The notes under the pieces: generated by a model
The model's input: the letters and a program-made list of their open reading frames with translations, nothing else
What the model was told of the DNA's origin: nothing
The model's database searches: none
Made by a program: the position numbers and the translations under genes
Part shown: positions 18,615 through 28,452 of the stretch, one piece after another
How positions within the stretch are numbered: position 1 is the stretch's first letter
How the letters are laid out: each line of letters begins with the position of its first letter
DNA from: an uncultured Chloroflexia bacterium
GTDB lineage: Bacteria; Chloroflexota; Limnocylindria; Limnocylindrales; CSP1-4
Length of the DNA stretch: 64,000 bases
Direction of reading: 5' to 3'
NCBI GenBank assembly: GCA_963845925.1
Contig: CAWJUA010000022.1
Location: 145,863-209,862, forward strand

Positions 18615-19187
18615 GTGCCCCACGTCGAGAAGCTCCCGTTCACCGGCGACGACGAGGCCGACCGCCTCCTCGTCGACGAGCCGCTCGCGCTGCTGATCGG
18701 CTTCGAGCTCGACCAGCAGGTGACGCTCCAGAAGGCGTTCTCCGGGCCGCTCGAGCTCAAGCGCCGGATCGGCGGGCTGGATGCAGCCACGATCGCCGCG
18801 ATGGACCCGGAGCGGCTGAACACGGTGTTCCGCACGCCGCCCGCCCTGCACCGGTTCCCGGGCAACATGGCCCACCGGACGCAGGAGCTCTGCGCGTTCA
18901 TCGTCGAGCGCTACGGCGGCGACGCCGGCCGGGTCTGGTCCGAGGCGAAGGACGGTGCGGACCTGAACGCCCGGCTGCTCGAGCTGCCCGGGTTCGGGCC
19001 GATGAAGGCGGGCACCGTCACCGCGATCCTCGGCAAGCAGCTCGGCGTCGCCCCGGCCGGCTGGGAGCAGTTCGCGCCGGACCACATGACGCTCGGTGAC
19101 GTCGACTCGGCCGAGACGCTCGCGACGTACCAGGCCGGGAAGCGGGCCAAGAAGGCGGAGATGCGAGCCCAGGGCAAGCGCGTCTGA
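18615..19187 (+). CDS. HhH-GPD-type base-excision DNA repair family protein (putative DNA glycosylase)
   Basis: 190 aa starting with GTG. Helix-hairpin-helix-like LELPGFGPMKAGTVTAILGKQLGV. The family call is from overall similarity and is of moderate certainty. Confidence 0.6.
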   Translation: MPHVEKLPFTGDDEADRLLVDEPLALLIGFELDQQVTLQKAFSGPLELKRRIGGLDAATIAAMDPERLNTVFRTPPALHRFPGNMAHRTQELCAFIVERYGGDAGRVWSEAKDGADLNARLLELPGFGPMKAGTVTAILGKQLGVAPAGWEQFAPDHMTLGDVDSAETLATYQAGKRAKKAEMRAQGKRV

Positions 19188-19235
19188 TCCGGGCCCTCGC
19201 CGGCCATCGCTGCGCCAGGCGCGGATGGTAGACTC

Positions 19236-19252
19236 AGTTGCATCTTGCAACT
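19236..19252. promoter_or_regulatory. 7-3-7 perfect inverted repeat AGTTGCAtctTGCAACT upstream of the DUF385 gene
   Basis: Lies 23 nt upstream of the ATG at 19275. TAGACT immediately upstream could serve as a -10. Operator candidate. Confidence 0.3.
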
Positions 19253-19274
19253 CACTACTCCCGAAGGGACAGGC

Positions 19275-19643
19275 ATGAACGCCACCGCCGCCGTACCCGG
19301 GCTCGACGGACGTCGCCCGATCGACATCACCACCACCGGCCGCCGCACCGGCACCGCCCGCCGGATCGAGATCGCGATCCACAACGTCGACGGCCGGCTG
19401 TTCATCAGCGGCACGCCGTCGCCGCGGACGCGCGCCTGGATCCACAACCTCGAGGCGGACCCGCGGATGACCGTCCACGTGAAGGACCCGGCGTTCGCCC
19501 GCGACCTGCCGGCGACGGCCCGGGTCATCACCGACGAGGCCGAGCGGCGCGAGATCATGCCGTTCATCGCCGCGAACTGGCGCCGGACCGACATCGACCT
19601 GATGGTCGAGCAGAGCCCGCTGATCGAGGTCACCCTCGACTGA
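19275..19643 (+). CDS. Deazaflavin (F420H2)-dependent nitroreductase family protein (DUF385 / Ddn-like)
   Basis: PIDITTTGRRTGTARRIEIAIHNVDGRLFISGTP...WIHNLEADPRMTVHV... is typical of PF04075. Confidence 0.7.
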   Translation: MNATAAVPGLDGRRPIDITTTGRRTGTARRIEIAIHNVDGRLFISGTPSPRTRAWIHNLEADPRMTVHVKDPAFARDLPATARVITDEAERREIMPFIAANWRRTDIDLMVEQSPLIEVTLD

Positions 19644-19646
19644 CGG

Positions 19647-20531
19647 TCAGGGCCGGGGGTTCGGCGCGGGGCCCTCGCTCAGCGACACCGCGCCCGTCGC
19701 CGGATCGCGCCGCGCGGACAGCATCCGGCTCGGGGCATAGCGCACCTGGACGACCCACGCGCCGTCGACCCAGCGGATCGCGACGGACTCCCAGCTCTCG
19801 CGCCGGTGCTCGGTGAGCCACGCCGTGAACGCCGCGTCCCCGAGGACCGCGTCCATCGCGTCGCTCGCCGACGGCACCGGCGGGTGGTCCTCGACCGTGA
19901 CGACGATCCGGGCGGTGATGGGTTGGACCTGCGCCGCCGCCTCGAAGTTCGCGAGCGGATCGCCGATGTCGCGCCCGATGAACGGGAAGGCCACCGCGAC
20001 CTCGTAGTCGCCGGCCGGAGCGGGCGAGCCGGCCGCCGTGGTCGCCACCCAGACGATCGTCGCGTCGGCCTGCTCGCCGGGCTTCAGCTCGTTGTAGGCG
20101 AGCTCCAGGGTGCAGCCGAACGCGACGTCGACGTGGGCCAGGTCCGGCGGGACCGGCCCCCGGATCGCGTAGGCCTCGGGCAGCGCCAGCTGCTTGATGA
20201 CGTTCTTGTCGCCGTCCCAGACGTGACCGATCGGTGCAGCGCCGACCGTGAGGAGCGGCGTCACCGTGAACTGGCCCTGGAGCTCGCAGCCGCCGCCCTG
20301 CCACGTGACGACGCCGGGGGCGGCGTTGCGAACGGTCACGGCCGCGACGAGGTCGCCGCCCGCCGGGACCAGCGTCCGATCGACGCTGAGCGTCACGCCG
20401 ACGCCGTCGCCCGTCGCGATCGCCTGCGCCGGCTCAGCCGGCTGTGGATCGCCCGTCGCGCCCGGCGGCCCGGAGCACGCGCCAACCGCCAGGACGGCCA
20501 GGGCGAGCGGAACGAGGAGGGGCGCGCGCAT
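19647..20531 (-). CDS. Putative lipoprotein / secreted protein of unknown function
   Basis: MRAPLLVPLALAVLAVGACSGPP signal with a lipobox-like AVGAC. ATG at 20531 with an AGGCGG SD. The longer track ORF (to 21002) is upstream junk. Confidence 0.55.
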   Translation of the reverse strand: MRAPLLVPLALAVLAVGACSGPPGATGDPQPAEPAQAIATGDGVGVTLSVDRTLVPAGGDLVAAVTVRNAAPGVVTWQGGGCELQGQFTVTPLLTVGAAPIGHVWDGDKNVIKQLALPEAYAIRGPVPPDLAHVDVAFGCTLELAYNELKPGEQADATIVWVATTAAGSPAPAGDYEVAVAFPFIGRDIGDPLANFEAAAQVQPITARIVVTVEDHPPVPSASDAMDAVLGDAAFTAWLTEHRRESWESVAIRWVDGAWVVQVRYAPSRMLSARRDPATGAVSLSEGPAPNPRP

Positions 20532-20688
20532 CCACCGCCTGACGCCGCGAACGTTCGCCCGGTTTCGCCGGACCGCGACGGATGTCGCATTCGCCGCCTC
20601 GACATCCGCCCGATGCCGCGGCTCGCCGCCGCGGCGCGACGATCGGTCCACCAACACGAACCACGTCTTCGTCTCTGGGGAGAGCTCG

Positions 20689-21168
20689 ATGCGACACACC
20701 CGCACCGCCACGATCGCCACGGTCGCGATCGCCCTCGGCCTCGCGCTCACGGCCATCGGCATGAACCGCGCGCTGCCGCATGAGATCGGCGGGATCGGCT
20801 CGAGGCTCACCGTCGGCGCCGACACGTGGGCCAGCGGCACGGCGATCTCGCCGCCGCTCGTGTTCCTCGTCGTCACCGGCCTGCTCGCGGCGATCACAAT
20901 GCGCTCGACGCGGGGTGGCGCGCGCGCCGCGTCGTGGCTCGCGGTTCTCACGGTCGTCGCGATCGTGGCCGGCCTGATGGAGCCGGTCCAGCAGCGGATC
21001 ATCCTGTTCCAGGACCACGACCTCCTGCTCGCGCTGACGCTCTACGCGGCGTACGTGGCGTGGATCGCGCTCGCGGTCGCGTCGGTCATGCGGTCCCGCG
21101 ACACGAGCGACTCCCCGGCGACCGCGAGGGCGCTCGCCCCGGCGGTCGGCGCCGCCGCGGCGGCCTGA
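20689..21168 (+). CDS. Small polytopic membrane protein (159 aa) of unknown function
   Basis: MRHTRTATIATVAIALGLALTAIG.. has four hydrophobic helices. The upstream part of the track ORF is antisense of the lipoprotein gene. Confidence 0.5.
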   Translation: MRHTRTATIATVAIALGLALTAIGMNRALPHEIGGIGSRLTVGADTWASGTAISPPLVFLVVTGLLAAITMRSTRGGARAASWLAVLTVVAIVAGLMEPVQQRIILFQDHDLLLALTLYAAYVAWIALAVASVMRSRDTSDSPATARALAPAVGAAAAA

Positions 21169-21174
21169 CGGACT

Positions 21175-22260
21175 TCAGCGCCGGGCCGCTCCCGCCGTCA
21201 CCCGGCAGGCGTCGACCGACAAGCCGATCGACCGATACGGACAATCGGCCATGTCGAGCAGGTACAGCACCGCGCCGCGGTTCCGGCCGGTCTCGGTCGG
21301 GATCGCCTCGTCGTGGGGATACGCCGGCGAGTCCGGTGACATCTCGATCGTGAACGCGAAGATCCGGTAGCGGCCGTAGAGCCAGTCGCGGGACGTGCCC
21401 GACGAGATGTACAGGTCGCTCGCCTGCTCGGGCGTGTAGCCATTCGACTTCGCCATCGCCGTGCCCATCGCGACGAACGCGTTGTGGTCCTTCGCCGCCA
21501 TGTCGGACGGGACGTCGGTGAGCGTGTAGCCGTATGGCCACATCACGAGCCGGCCGGTCGTGTGGAAGCTGATCGAGGCCGTGATCTGCTGACGGCCGTC
21601 GACGACGCGACTCGCGATGAAGTCGCGGAAGGCCCGAGTCTCGGGCGCCGAGAATGCCTTCGGCCCGCGATAGCGCGACGAGCTGGGCGACGAGCTCGAG
21701 CCGCCGCAGCAGCCCCAGCGGTAGTCGTAGTTCCGGTTCAGGTCGGTCCCGATGGACGACGAGCCCGGCGTCGGCTGGCGGTTCTTGCGCCAGTAGTGGT
21801 ACGTCCGGCCGCCGATGTCGTACGTCGCGCCGTCGGGGTTCAGGGCGAACACGATCCAGATCTCGCGGGTGTCGACGAGGCGGGTGATCGTCGGGTCGGT
21901 GCCGTAGCCGGTCACGAGCCAGCGGAGGATCGCGAGCGTCATCTCGAGGCTCATGTGCTCGTCGGCATGGTGGAGGCCGTCGAAGACGACCTCGGGCTCG
22001 CGCTCGTCGACTCCGACGTTGTCCGAGACCTTCACGGCCCACAGCTGACGGCCCTGGTAGGACGTGCCGATCGAGAACCGCTTGACGATCGCGGGGTGGG
22101 CGGCGGCGGTCGCGGCGACCTCGGCTGCCATCTCGTTGTAGGTGTGGAATCCCGTGTCCCCGGGCGGAAACTCCGGGTCGGCCGCCACGGCATGGGGCGT
22201 CAGGAGCCCGGTGGCGGCGAGGAGGACGACGGGCAGCAGGCCGAGCCTGCGGGTTCGCAT
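21175..22260 (-). CDS. Secreted zinc carboxypeptidase, peptidase M14 family
   Basis: Signal peptide. HxxE zinc motif ([10 protein letters not shown]). NPDG and downstream His/Glu pattern of the M14 fold ([10 protein letters not shown]...). Confidence 0.8.
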   Translation of the reverse strand: MRTRRLGLLPVVLLAATGLLTPHAVAADPEFPPGDTGFHTYNEMAAEVAATAAAHPAIVKRFSIGTSYQGRQLWAVKVSDNVGVDEREPEVVFDGLHHADEHMSLEMTLAILRWLVTGYGTDPTITRLVDTREIWIVFALNPDGATYDIGGRTYHYWRKNRQPTPGSSSIGTDLNRNYDYRWGCCGGSSSSPSSSRYRGPKAFSAPETRAFRDFIASRVVDGRQQITASISFHTTGRLVMWPYGYTLTDVPSDMAAKDHNAFVAMGTAMAKSNGYTPEQASDLYISSGTSRDWLYGRYRIFAFTIEMSPDSPAYPHDEAIPTETGRNRGAVLYLLDMADCPYRSIGLSVDACRVTAGAARR

Positions 22261-22334
22261 GGCTCCATCCTGCCGCCTGGGTCGCCCGCGTCAAGCGGTC
22301 CCATCGTCCCGGTGCGGCGATCCGCCTCAGCCGC

Positions 22335-23204
22335 TCAGATCGGGTTGTGGAGCGTGTCGCACGAGTCGGGCGTGCCGGTCTGCAAACCGACGGTGAACCA
22401 GTGCTGGCGCTGCTCGGCCGAGCCGTGGGTCCAACCCTCCGGGTCGACCTGACCCTGGGTCTTCTGCTGGATCCGGTCGTCCCCGACGGCCGCGGCCGCG
22501 TCGAGCGCCTGGCCCACCTGCTCCTTGGTCGGTGCCTTCAGGAAGCCGGTCGAGGCCGCGTGGTTGACCCAGATCCCGGCGAAGCAGTCGGCCATCAGCT
22601 CCGTCCGGACGCTCCGGCTGTCGGCGCCGGTGCCGCCGCCGCCGCCCGACAGGAGACCCTCGAGGTCCTGGATGTGGTGGCCGTATTCGTGGGCGACGAC
22701 ATAGCCCTCGGCCAGCGGGCCGCCCTCGGCGCCGAATCGCGATTGGAGCTCGTCGAAGAAGCCCAGATCGATATAGACGGTCACGTCCGGCGGGCAGTAG
22801 AACGGTCCGACCTCGGTCGTCGCCGGGCCGCAGCCGGTGTCGACCGCGTCCGAGAAGATGACCGTCTGGGCCGGCTGATAGGTCCCGCCCTCCCGGGTGT
22901 ACTCGTCCTTCCAGTACGCCTGGATGCTGTCGACGAAGCCGACGATCCGGCAGTCCGTGCGCGCGTTCGCCTGGTCGCCGCTCTTGCATTCCTGCGTCGC
23001 CTGCGAGCCGATCGGGCCGTTCGCGGCACCGCCGCCGGCAGGGGCGAGGTCGGCGGGGTTGCCGCCGAGCAGCAGATACACGACGGCGATGACGAGGCCG
23101 ATCCCGCCGCCGCCGACCGCGAGCCCGCGGCCGCCGCCGTAGGAGCGGCCGCGAACGTCGGTGACCTGGTTCGGGTCCAGCTGGGCCCCTGAGTTGAATG
23201 TCAC
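22335..23204 (-). CDS. Putative neutral zinc metallopeptidase (YpfJ / PF04228 family) with an N-terminal TM anchor
   Basis: HEXXH motif (VAHEYGHHIQ) in the family-typical context (FYCP..., GYVVAHEYGHH). GTG start with a GGGAGG SD. Confidence 0.75.
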   Translation of the reverse strand: MTFNSGAQLDPNQVTDVRGRSYGGGRGLAVGGGGIGLVIAVVYLLLGGNPADLAPAGGGAANGPIGSQATQECKSGDQANARTDCRIVGFVDSIQAYWKDEYTREGGTYQPAQTVIFSDAVDTGCGPATTEVGPFYCPPDVTVYIDLGFFDELQSRFGAEGGPLAEGYVVAHEYGHHIQDLEGLLSGGGGGTGADSRSVRTELMADCFAGIWVNHAASTGFLKAPTKEQVGQALDAAAAVGDDRIQQKTQGQVDPEGWTHGSAEQRQHWFTVGLQTGTPDSCDTLHNPI

Positions 23205-23415
23205 GGTATGGCTACCTCCCGATCCCCCGATGCGCGGCCGCCATCGTCACGTGTGGAGGCGTCGGAACGCGCGTCGCCGGTCCATCGCCGCGCTGCAATC
23301 GCCTTGCGACTCGTCAGTGGTGTTTCGGGCTAGTTCCTGACAAGTTCTGGCCACTTCCTCCGGTAGTCTCGACGTATCGATGACGGGCAGGAAGGACACG
23401 GGGAAAGGGGCAGGT

Positions 23416-23616
23416 ATGCTCTCCGAAGAACTGCTGAAGACCATCATCTGGGACCGTGAGCGGCAGATCGCCGAGGCCCAGCGGATCCGCTCCGCCCAGG
23501 CTCCACGCGACGACGAACGCCACGGCCGGAGCTGGTTCCAGCACCTGTGGCCGACGCCGCCGAAGTTCGGCGGCCGGACTCACCCGGGCAAGGCGGCGAC
23601 GGAGTCGCTGCTGTAG
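23416..23616 (+). CDS. Small hypothetical protein (66 aa)
   Basis: MLSEELLKTIIWDRERQIAEAQRIRSAQAPRDDERHGRSWFQHLWPTPPKFGG. Weak support. Its end overlaps the convergent WYL regulator by ~36 nt. Confidence 0.3.
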   Translation: MLSEELLKTIIWDRERQIAEAQRIRSAQAPRDDERHGRSWFQHLWPTPPKFGGRTHPGKAATESLL

Positions 23617-24575
23617 CGGGCGATGATCGCCTGGGCCGCGGCGAGGATCGATTGACGCAGCCACTCCGGTTCGAGGACCTCGGCGTCGGCTCCCATGCGG
23701 AGCACGGCGCCGACGGCCTCGTCCATCCAGTCGAATGCGACGCGCAGCCGGACCAGCTCCGGGTAGTCCGGATCCGGCGTCCGGGTCGCGGCCGCCATGA
23801 TCCGCGAGCCGGCGATCCCGGCGAACGCGTCGAGGCGCTCCGGCGCCAACCGGACCGTGATCGGGAAGCGCTCGATCGAGCGCTCGTACGCCTCTGTCGA
23901 GCGTTCCCAGTGCTCGGCCAGGTCGAAGCCGTCCGGTCGGTCGAACCGGTCCGCGATGATCTGGACGTCCTCGACCCGCGACACCCGGTACGTCCGGAAC
24001 TCGCCGTCCGTCCGGCCGACGAGGTACCAGACGCCACCCTTCAGCACGAGGCCGAACGGATCGACGAGGCGCTCCACGACCCCGCCCCGCTCGCCGCGGC
24101 GGTAGCGCATGAGGATCGAGCGGTTGTCCCAGACGGACGCGGCGAGGACCTCGAGGTGGGGCAGGCTCTCCGACGCGCGGAACCAGCCCGGCGCGTCGAG
24201 GTGGAAGCGCTCTGCGACGCGACTGGCCCGGGCCCGGAGCTCCGGTGGCAGCGCGGCCATGACCTTGAGCTTCGCCGCGGCCACGACCGTCCCGAGGCCC
24301 AGCTCCGCGGCCGGACCCGGCAGGCCCGAGAGGAACACCGCCTCGGCCTCGTCCGCGGTCAGGCCCGTGAGGCGGGTTCGGTAGCCGTCGACGAGGCGGA
24401 CGCCGCCGTGCGGCCCGCGCTCCGCGTAGATCGGGACGCCCGCCTCCGCGAGCGCCTCGACGTCGCGGTAGATCGTCCGGACCGAGACCTCGAGCTCCTC
24501 CGCGAGCTCCGCGGCCGTCATCCGGCTGCGGGTCTGGAGCAGGAGGAGGACGTTGACGAGGCGGCTGGCGCGCAT
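23580..24575 (-). CDS. HTH + WYL-domain transcriptional regulator (YafY family)
   Basis: N-terminal HTH (RLVNVLLLLQTRSRMTAAELAEELEVSVRTIYRDVEAL) with WYL and WCX-like C-terminal domains. ATG at 24575. Confidence 0.85.
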   Translation of the reverse strand: MRASRLVNVLLLLQTRSRMTAAELAEELEVSVRTIYRDVEALAEAGVPIYAERGPHGGVRLVDGYRTRLTGLTADEAEAVFLSGLPGPAAELGLGTVVAAAKLKVMAALPPELRARASRVAERFHLDAPGWFRASESLPHLEVLAASVWDNRSILMRYRRGERGGVVERLVDPFGLVLKGGVWYLVGRTDGEFRTYRVSRVEDVQIIADRFDRPDGFDLAEHWERSTEAYERSIERFPITVRLAPERLDAFAGIAGSRIMAAATRTPDPDYPELVRLRVAFDWMDEAVGAVLRMGADAEVLEPEWLRQSILAAAQAIIARYSSDSVAALPG

Positions 24576-24597
24576 CGCCACAGCGTACACCGGTTGA

Positions 24598-24612
24598 TGA
24601 CAGCGAGTGTCA
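24598..24612. promoter_or_regulatory. Inverted repeat TGACAgcgagTGTCA in the WYL-regulator / DUF72 divergent intergenic region
   Basis: 5-5-5 palindrome in the 66-bp spacer between the divergent genes. Candidate WYL operator. Confidence 0.3.
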
Positions 24613-24641
24613 GGTATGACGCGAGAGGATAGGCTGACGGC

Positions 24642-25652
24642 ATGACACCCGACAACGACCCCGGATCGGCGGCGGCCTCGGCGCGCGTCGCCGCGCTCGA
24701 GTCCGTCGCCTCGGAGCCGCTCCAGCTCGACGGCGGCGGCCGGATCTTCGTCGGCACCGCGTCCTGGACGGACCCGACGATGACCGCGGCCGGCGTGTTC
24801 TACCCCAACGGCGCCGACAGCGCGGAGGAGCGGCTGCAGTACTACGCGGCGACGTTCCCGGTCGTCGAGGTCGATGCCACCTACTACGCGCTGCCGGCCG
24901 AGCGGACCTCGCAGCTCTGGGTCGACCGGACACCACCGGACTTCACGTTCGACATCAAGGCCCACGCGCTGATGACCGGCCAGGGTACGGAGACCCGGCG
25001 CCTGCCGAAGTCGATCCGCGAGGCCCTGCCGGAGGACCAGCAGGCCAAGGCCCGGATCTACACGAAGGACCTGCCGGCGGAGCTCCAGGACGAGGTCTGG
25101 CGGATGTTCCGGGACGGGCTGGCGCCGCTCGCGGAGCGCAACCAGCTGGGCTCGATCCTCCTCCAGTACCCCAAATGGGTGTTCCCGTCGAACGAGAACC
25201 GGGCGCTGATCGAGGAGGCGGTGGAGCGGCTCGACGGCTGGAAGGTCGCGGTCGAGTTCCGCAATGGCTCGTGGCTCAACGAGAAGAACGTCGAGCGGAC
25301 GACGCGCTTCCTCGCCGAGCGGAACATCCCCTTCGTGATGGTCGACGAACCGCAGGGCTTCAAGAGCTCGGTCCCGCCCGAGACGCTCGTCACGTCGTCG
25401 GATCTGGCGCTCGTCCGCTTCCACGGCCGCAACGCCGACACGTGGGAGAAGAAGGGCATCACGCCGGCCGAGCGTTTCCGTTACCTGTACTCGCGCGACG
25501 AGCTGGCGGAGTGGGTCCCGCGAATCCGGGAGGCCGCGAGCGAGGCCCGCGAGGTCCACCTGATGTTCAACAACTGCTACGCGAACTACGGCACGACGAA
25601 CGCCCGGGAGATCGCGGCGCTCCTCTTCGACCTCCAGGCCGGCCAGGACTAG
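24642..25652 (+). CDS. DUF72 (YecE-like) family protein
   Basis: Full-length match to the DUF72 pattern (GTASWTD..FYP....YYA..F..VE.D.TYY...VVRFHGRN). Divergent from the WYL regulator. Confidence 0.85.
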   Translation: MTPDNDPGSAAASARVAALESVASEPLQLDGGGRIFVGTASWTDPTMTAAGVFYPNGADSAEERLQYYAATFPVVEVDATYYALPAERTSQLWVDRTPPDFTFDIKAHALMTGQGTETRRLPKSIREALPEDQQAKARIYTKDLPAELQDEVWRMFRDGLAPLAERNQLGSILLQYPKWVFPSNENRALIEEAVERLDGWKVAVEFRNGSWLNEKNVERTTRFLAERNIPFVMVDEPQGFKSSVPPETLVTSSDLALVRFHGRNADTWEKKGITPAERFRYLYSRDELAEWVPRIREAASEAREVHLMFNNCYANYGTTNAREIAALLFDLQAGQD

Positions 25653-26911
25653 CGGGCCGGAGACTCCGCTTCGCGGGGCGCCTCGTCCGGCAGCGGCTTG
25701 TCCGCGCCGACACCGGTTCGCTCGATGAGCCACTCGATCGTCGTGCCCTGGACGAGCAGCGTGAACAGGACGATCCCGAACGTCGTCGCCTGGAGCAGCT
25801 CGCGCTGCGGGAAGTCGACCGGCAGTGACAGCGCCATCGCGATCGCGACGGCGCCGCGCAGCCCGCCCCAGAACAGGATGTGGAGCCAAGCGACCGGCAA
25901 GCCGCGGCGGTGCTCACGCCCGAGCGCGAGCCGCGCCGCGCCGCCAAGCATCACGTAGACGACGACCGCCCGGCCGACGAGGATCGCGACAATGCCCCAG
26001 GCGATCCACGGCAGCGCCGACACGACGTCGCCGAGGCCGATCGCCAGCCCGACCAGCAGGAAGACGACCGCGGTCAGCAGGAACGCCGCGAACTCCCAGA
26101 CGGTGTCGAGCGCCTCGAGCGACCGCTCGCTCATCCCGACCCGCCGGGCGTGGTTCCCGATGAGCAGTCCCGCGACGACGGTGGCGATGATCCCGGACTG
26201 GCCGAGCCGGTCGGCGACGATGTAGGTCCCGTACGCCGCCGCGACCGACAGCGTCAGCTCCACGAGGTGGTCGTCGACCGCGGCGATCAGCCGCGACGCA
26301 ACCCAGCCGCTGGCGAGCCCAATTGCGGTGCTGACGACGATGATCGTGACGACCGAGACGACGATGCCGCCCGGGGTCACGCTGCCGACGACGACCTGGA
26401 CTGCGATCGTGAACACGACGAGCGCCGTCCCGTCGTTGAAGAGGCTCTCGCTCTCGATGAGCGTCGCGAGGCGGCGCGGCGACCCGAGCTGCTTGAACGT
26501 CGAGACGACGGCGACCGGATCGGTCGCGGCGACCATCGCGCCCACGACGAAGCCCAGCTCGAGCGGGAGCCCGGTCGCGACCGCGAGGACCGCTGCCACG
26601 ATCGCCGCGCTGACGAGCACGCCCGGCGCGGCGAGCAGGACGACCCCGCCGAACGTCCGCCGGAAATCGTCGATGTCGATCCGGAGCGCCGCCTCGAACA
26701 CGAGGCCAGGCAGCAGCACGAGCAGGACGATCTCGGGGCTGACCGCGACGTCGACCGGGAGCACGACGCCGGCGACGACGCCGAGCACGACCAGCGCGAC
26801 GGTGTACGGGATCGGGAGCGCGAGGCGGTGGATGATCCAGCCGACGAGGCCGGCCGCCGCCACCAGGCCAACGAACAGCTCGATCGCCAGGGTCGTCGTC
26901 TCGGCCGTCAT
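25649..26911 (-). CDS. Na+/H+ (cation:proton) antiporter, CPA1 / NhaP-type
   Basis: 420 aa with 11-12 TMS and the characteristic LFNDGTALVVF segment. Confidence 0.85.
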   Translation of the reverse strand: MTAETTTLAIELFVGLVAAAGLVGWIIHRLALPIPYTVALVVLGVVAGVVLPVDVAVSPEIVLLVLLPGLVFEAALRIDIDDFRRTFGGVVLLAAPGVLVSAAIVAAVLAVATGLPLELGFVVGAMVAATDPVAVVSTFKQLGSPRRLATLIESESLFNDGTALVVFTIAVQVVVGSVTPGGIVVSVVTIIVVSTAIGLASGWVASRLIAAVDDHLVELTLSVAAAYGTYIVADRLGQSGIIATVVAGLLIGNHARRVGMSERSLEALDTVWEFAAFLLTAVVFLLVGLAIGLGDVVSALPWIAWGIVAILVGRAVVVYVMLGGAARLALGREHRRGLPVAWLHILFWGGLRGAVAIAMALSLPVDFPQRELLQATTFGIVLFTLLVQGTTIEWLIERTGVGADKPLPDEAPREAESPAR

Positions 26912-26964
26912 CAGGACCTGATCCTACGGGGTCGGCGCCCCGCCGCTCGCCCGGATCCGCCCCG

Positions 26965-27816
26965 TCAGGTGCGCTCCTGGCCCTCGCCGCCGCGGTCGCG
27001 CAGGAAGCGCTCGATCTCCGAGATCAGGTCGTCGCCGGACGGCAGCCGCTCCTCGTCGACCATCGCCTCGAGGCGCTCGACGTAGGACCGGGTGGTGTCC
27101 TCGAGCGCTGCCGCGGCGTCGAGCCGCTCGCGCAGTTGGCGGGCCTCCTCGATGAGCGCCGGGTCGACAAGGTCCGTCTCGACGTGGCGCCCGACCGCCG
27201 TCAGGAGCGCGACCGCGGCCGCCGGATACGGACCGGAGATGTAGTGCGGAACCTGGGCGTAGTAGCCGCAGGCCGCCACGCCGGCCGCCCCGACCGACGA
27301 CTCGAGCACGGAGATCGCCGCCGACGGCACCCGCAGGATGCCGGCCGGGCCGGGCGCCACATTGCCGAGCAGCAGTCCGGGCCTCGACGTCGAGCCCAGG
27401 ACGTTGACCGCCCGGGTGTGAGGCACGGCGGCCGGGATCGCTCCGAGGCTGATCCAGAGCGCGACGTCGAGCTCCCGGACGATGTCGACCACGTCCGCGG
27501 CGAACTCGCGCCAGCGGAAGTCCGGTTCGGCGCCCGACAGGACGAGCAGATCGTGGCCCGCGACGCGACGGTGGCGGAGCGTGAGGCCGGGCCAGGTGAG
27601 GTCCGCCAGCCGGCCATCATGGATCTCGAGCGTCGGACGGCGGCTGCGGTAGTCGAACAGGGTATCGGCGTCGAAGTCGACGACGATCGGGCCGTCGCCG
27701 GCGAGGTTGTCCGCGGCCGTCGAGGAGGCGTCGCCGGCGTCGATCCAGCTGTCGAACGCGGCGACGAGCACCGGGGCGCGGAGGTCCGGCGGGCGGTCGA
27801 TGCGGTAGCGGGTCAC
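26965..27816 (-). CDS. PAC2 (proteasome assembly chaperone 2-like) family protein
   Basis: PVLVAAFDSWIDAGDAS..., VLGSTSRPGLL, CGYYAQVPHYISGPYPAAAVALL match PAC2. GTG start at ~27816. The track ORF extends upstream as junk. Confidence 0.75.
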   Translation of the reverse strand: MTRYRIDRPPDLRAPVLVAAFDSWIDAGDASSTAADNLAGDGPIVVDFDADTLFDYRSRRPTLEIHDGRLADLTWPGLTLRHRRVAGHDLLVLSGAEPDFRWREFAADVVDIVRELDVALWISLGAIPAAVPHTRAVNVLGSTSRPGLLLGNVAPGPAGILRVPSAAISVLESSVGAAGVAACGYYAQVPHYISGPYPAAAVALLTAVGRHVETDLVDPALIEEARQLRERLDAAAALEDTTRSYVERLEAMVDEERLPSGDDLISEIERFLRDRGGEGQERT

Positions 27817-27894
27817 GGCCGAAGGATAGGCCGAACCGCGGCCGCGCCACGTCCGTCGTCCCGCCCGATTCCACCGGACGAGTAGGCTGGGCGG

Positions 27895-28452
27895 GTGACG
27901 TTCGAGGTGCCGGTCTCGGCAGTGTCGCGGTCCCGAACCCCGCGCGGGGTCTTCGTCGTCGCGGCCGTCTCGGCCGTCATCGTGCTGGGCGCGGCCGTCG
28001 CCGCGTTCGCCGCCCCGTCGCCCGCATCGCTCGGCGCCGCTGCGGCAGCCCACGCGTCGCCGCCGGCCGCGAGCCTGCCGCCCGCCCTCGCCGCGTTGGT
28101 CGGCCCGGCCGCGACCCCGCCGTTCGAGCCGGCGAGCTTCAACCGGCCGCTGCCGACGCAGATCGATTGCCATCGGGTCACAGCGGACCAGTGCCATCGC
28201 CTCGTCCGGGCCGCGCTCCGGATCCTGCCCGACGAGCTGCCGAAGGTCGGCTGGGCCGAGGCCTGGGGCTCGCTCGTCTGCAACGACAACTTCGATTGCC
28301 CGGCCGACTATCTGCGCGACGCGGACCCCGCCGGCAGCGTCGTCGTCGCGTTCGTCGACGGCAGCCAAGCGGTGACCGTCAACGTCGTCGACTGGGGCTA
28401 CGGGACGGCGGTCCGCATGGGCCTGCGCGCCTGGCTCATCCCGACGTCCTAA
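27895..28452 (+). CDS. Secreted Cys-containing protein of unknown function
   Basis: Signal/TM (VFVVAAVSAVIVLGAAVAAFAAPSPA). Four Cys in a CxxxxxxC...CxxxC pattern. GTG start. Confidence 0.5.
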   Translation: MTFEVPVSAVSRSRTPRGVFVVAAVSAVIVLGAAVAAFAAPSPASLGAAAAAHASPPAASLPPALAALVGPAATPPFEPASFNRPLPTQIDCHRVTADQCHRLVRAALRILPDELPKVGWAEAWGSLVCNDNFDCPADYLRDADPAGSVVVAFVDGSQAVTVNVVDWGYGTAVRMGLRAWLIPTS

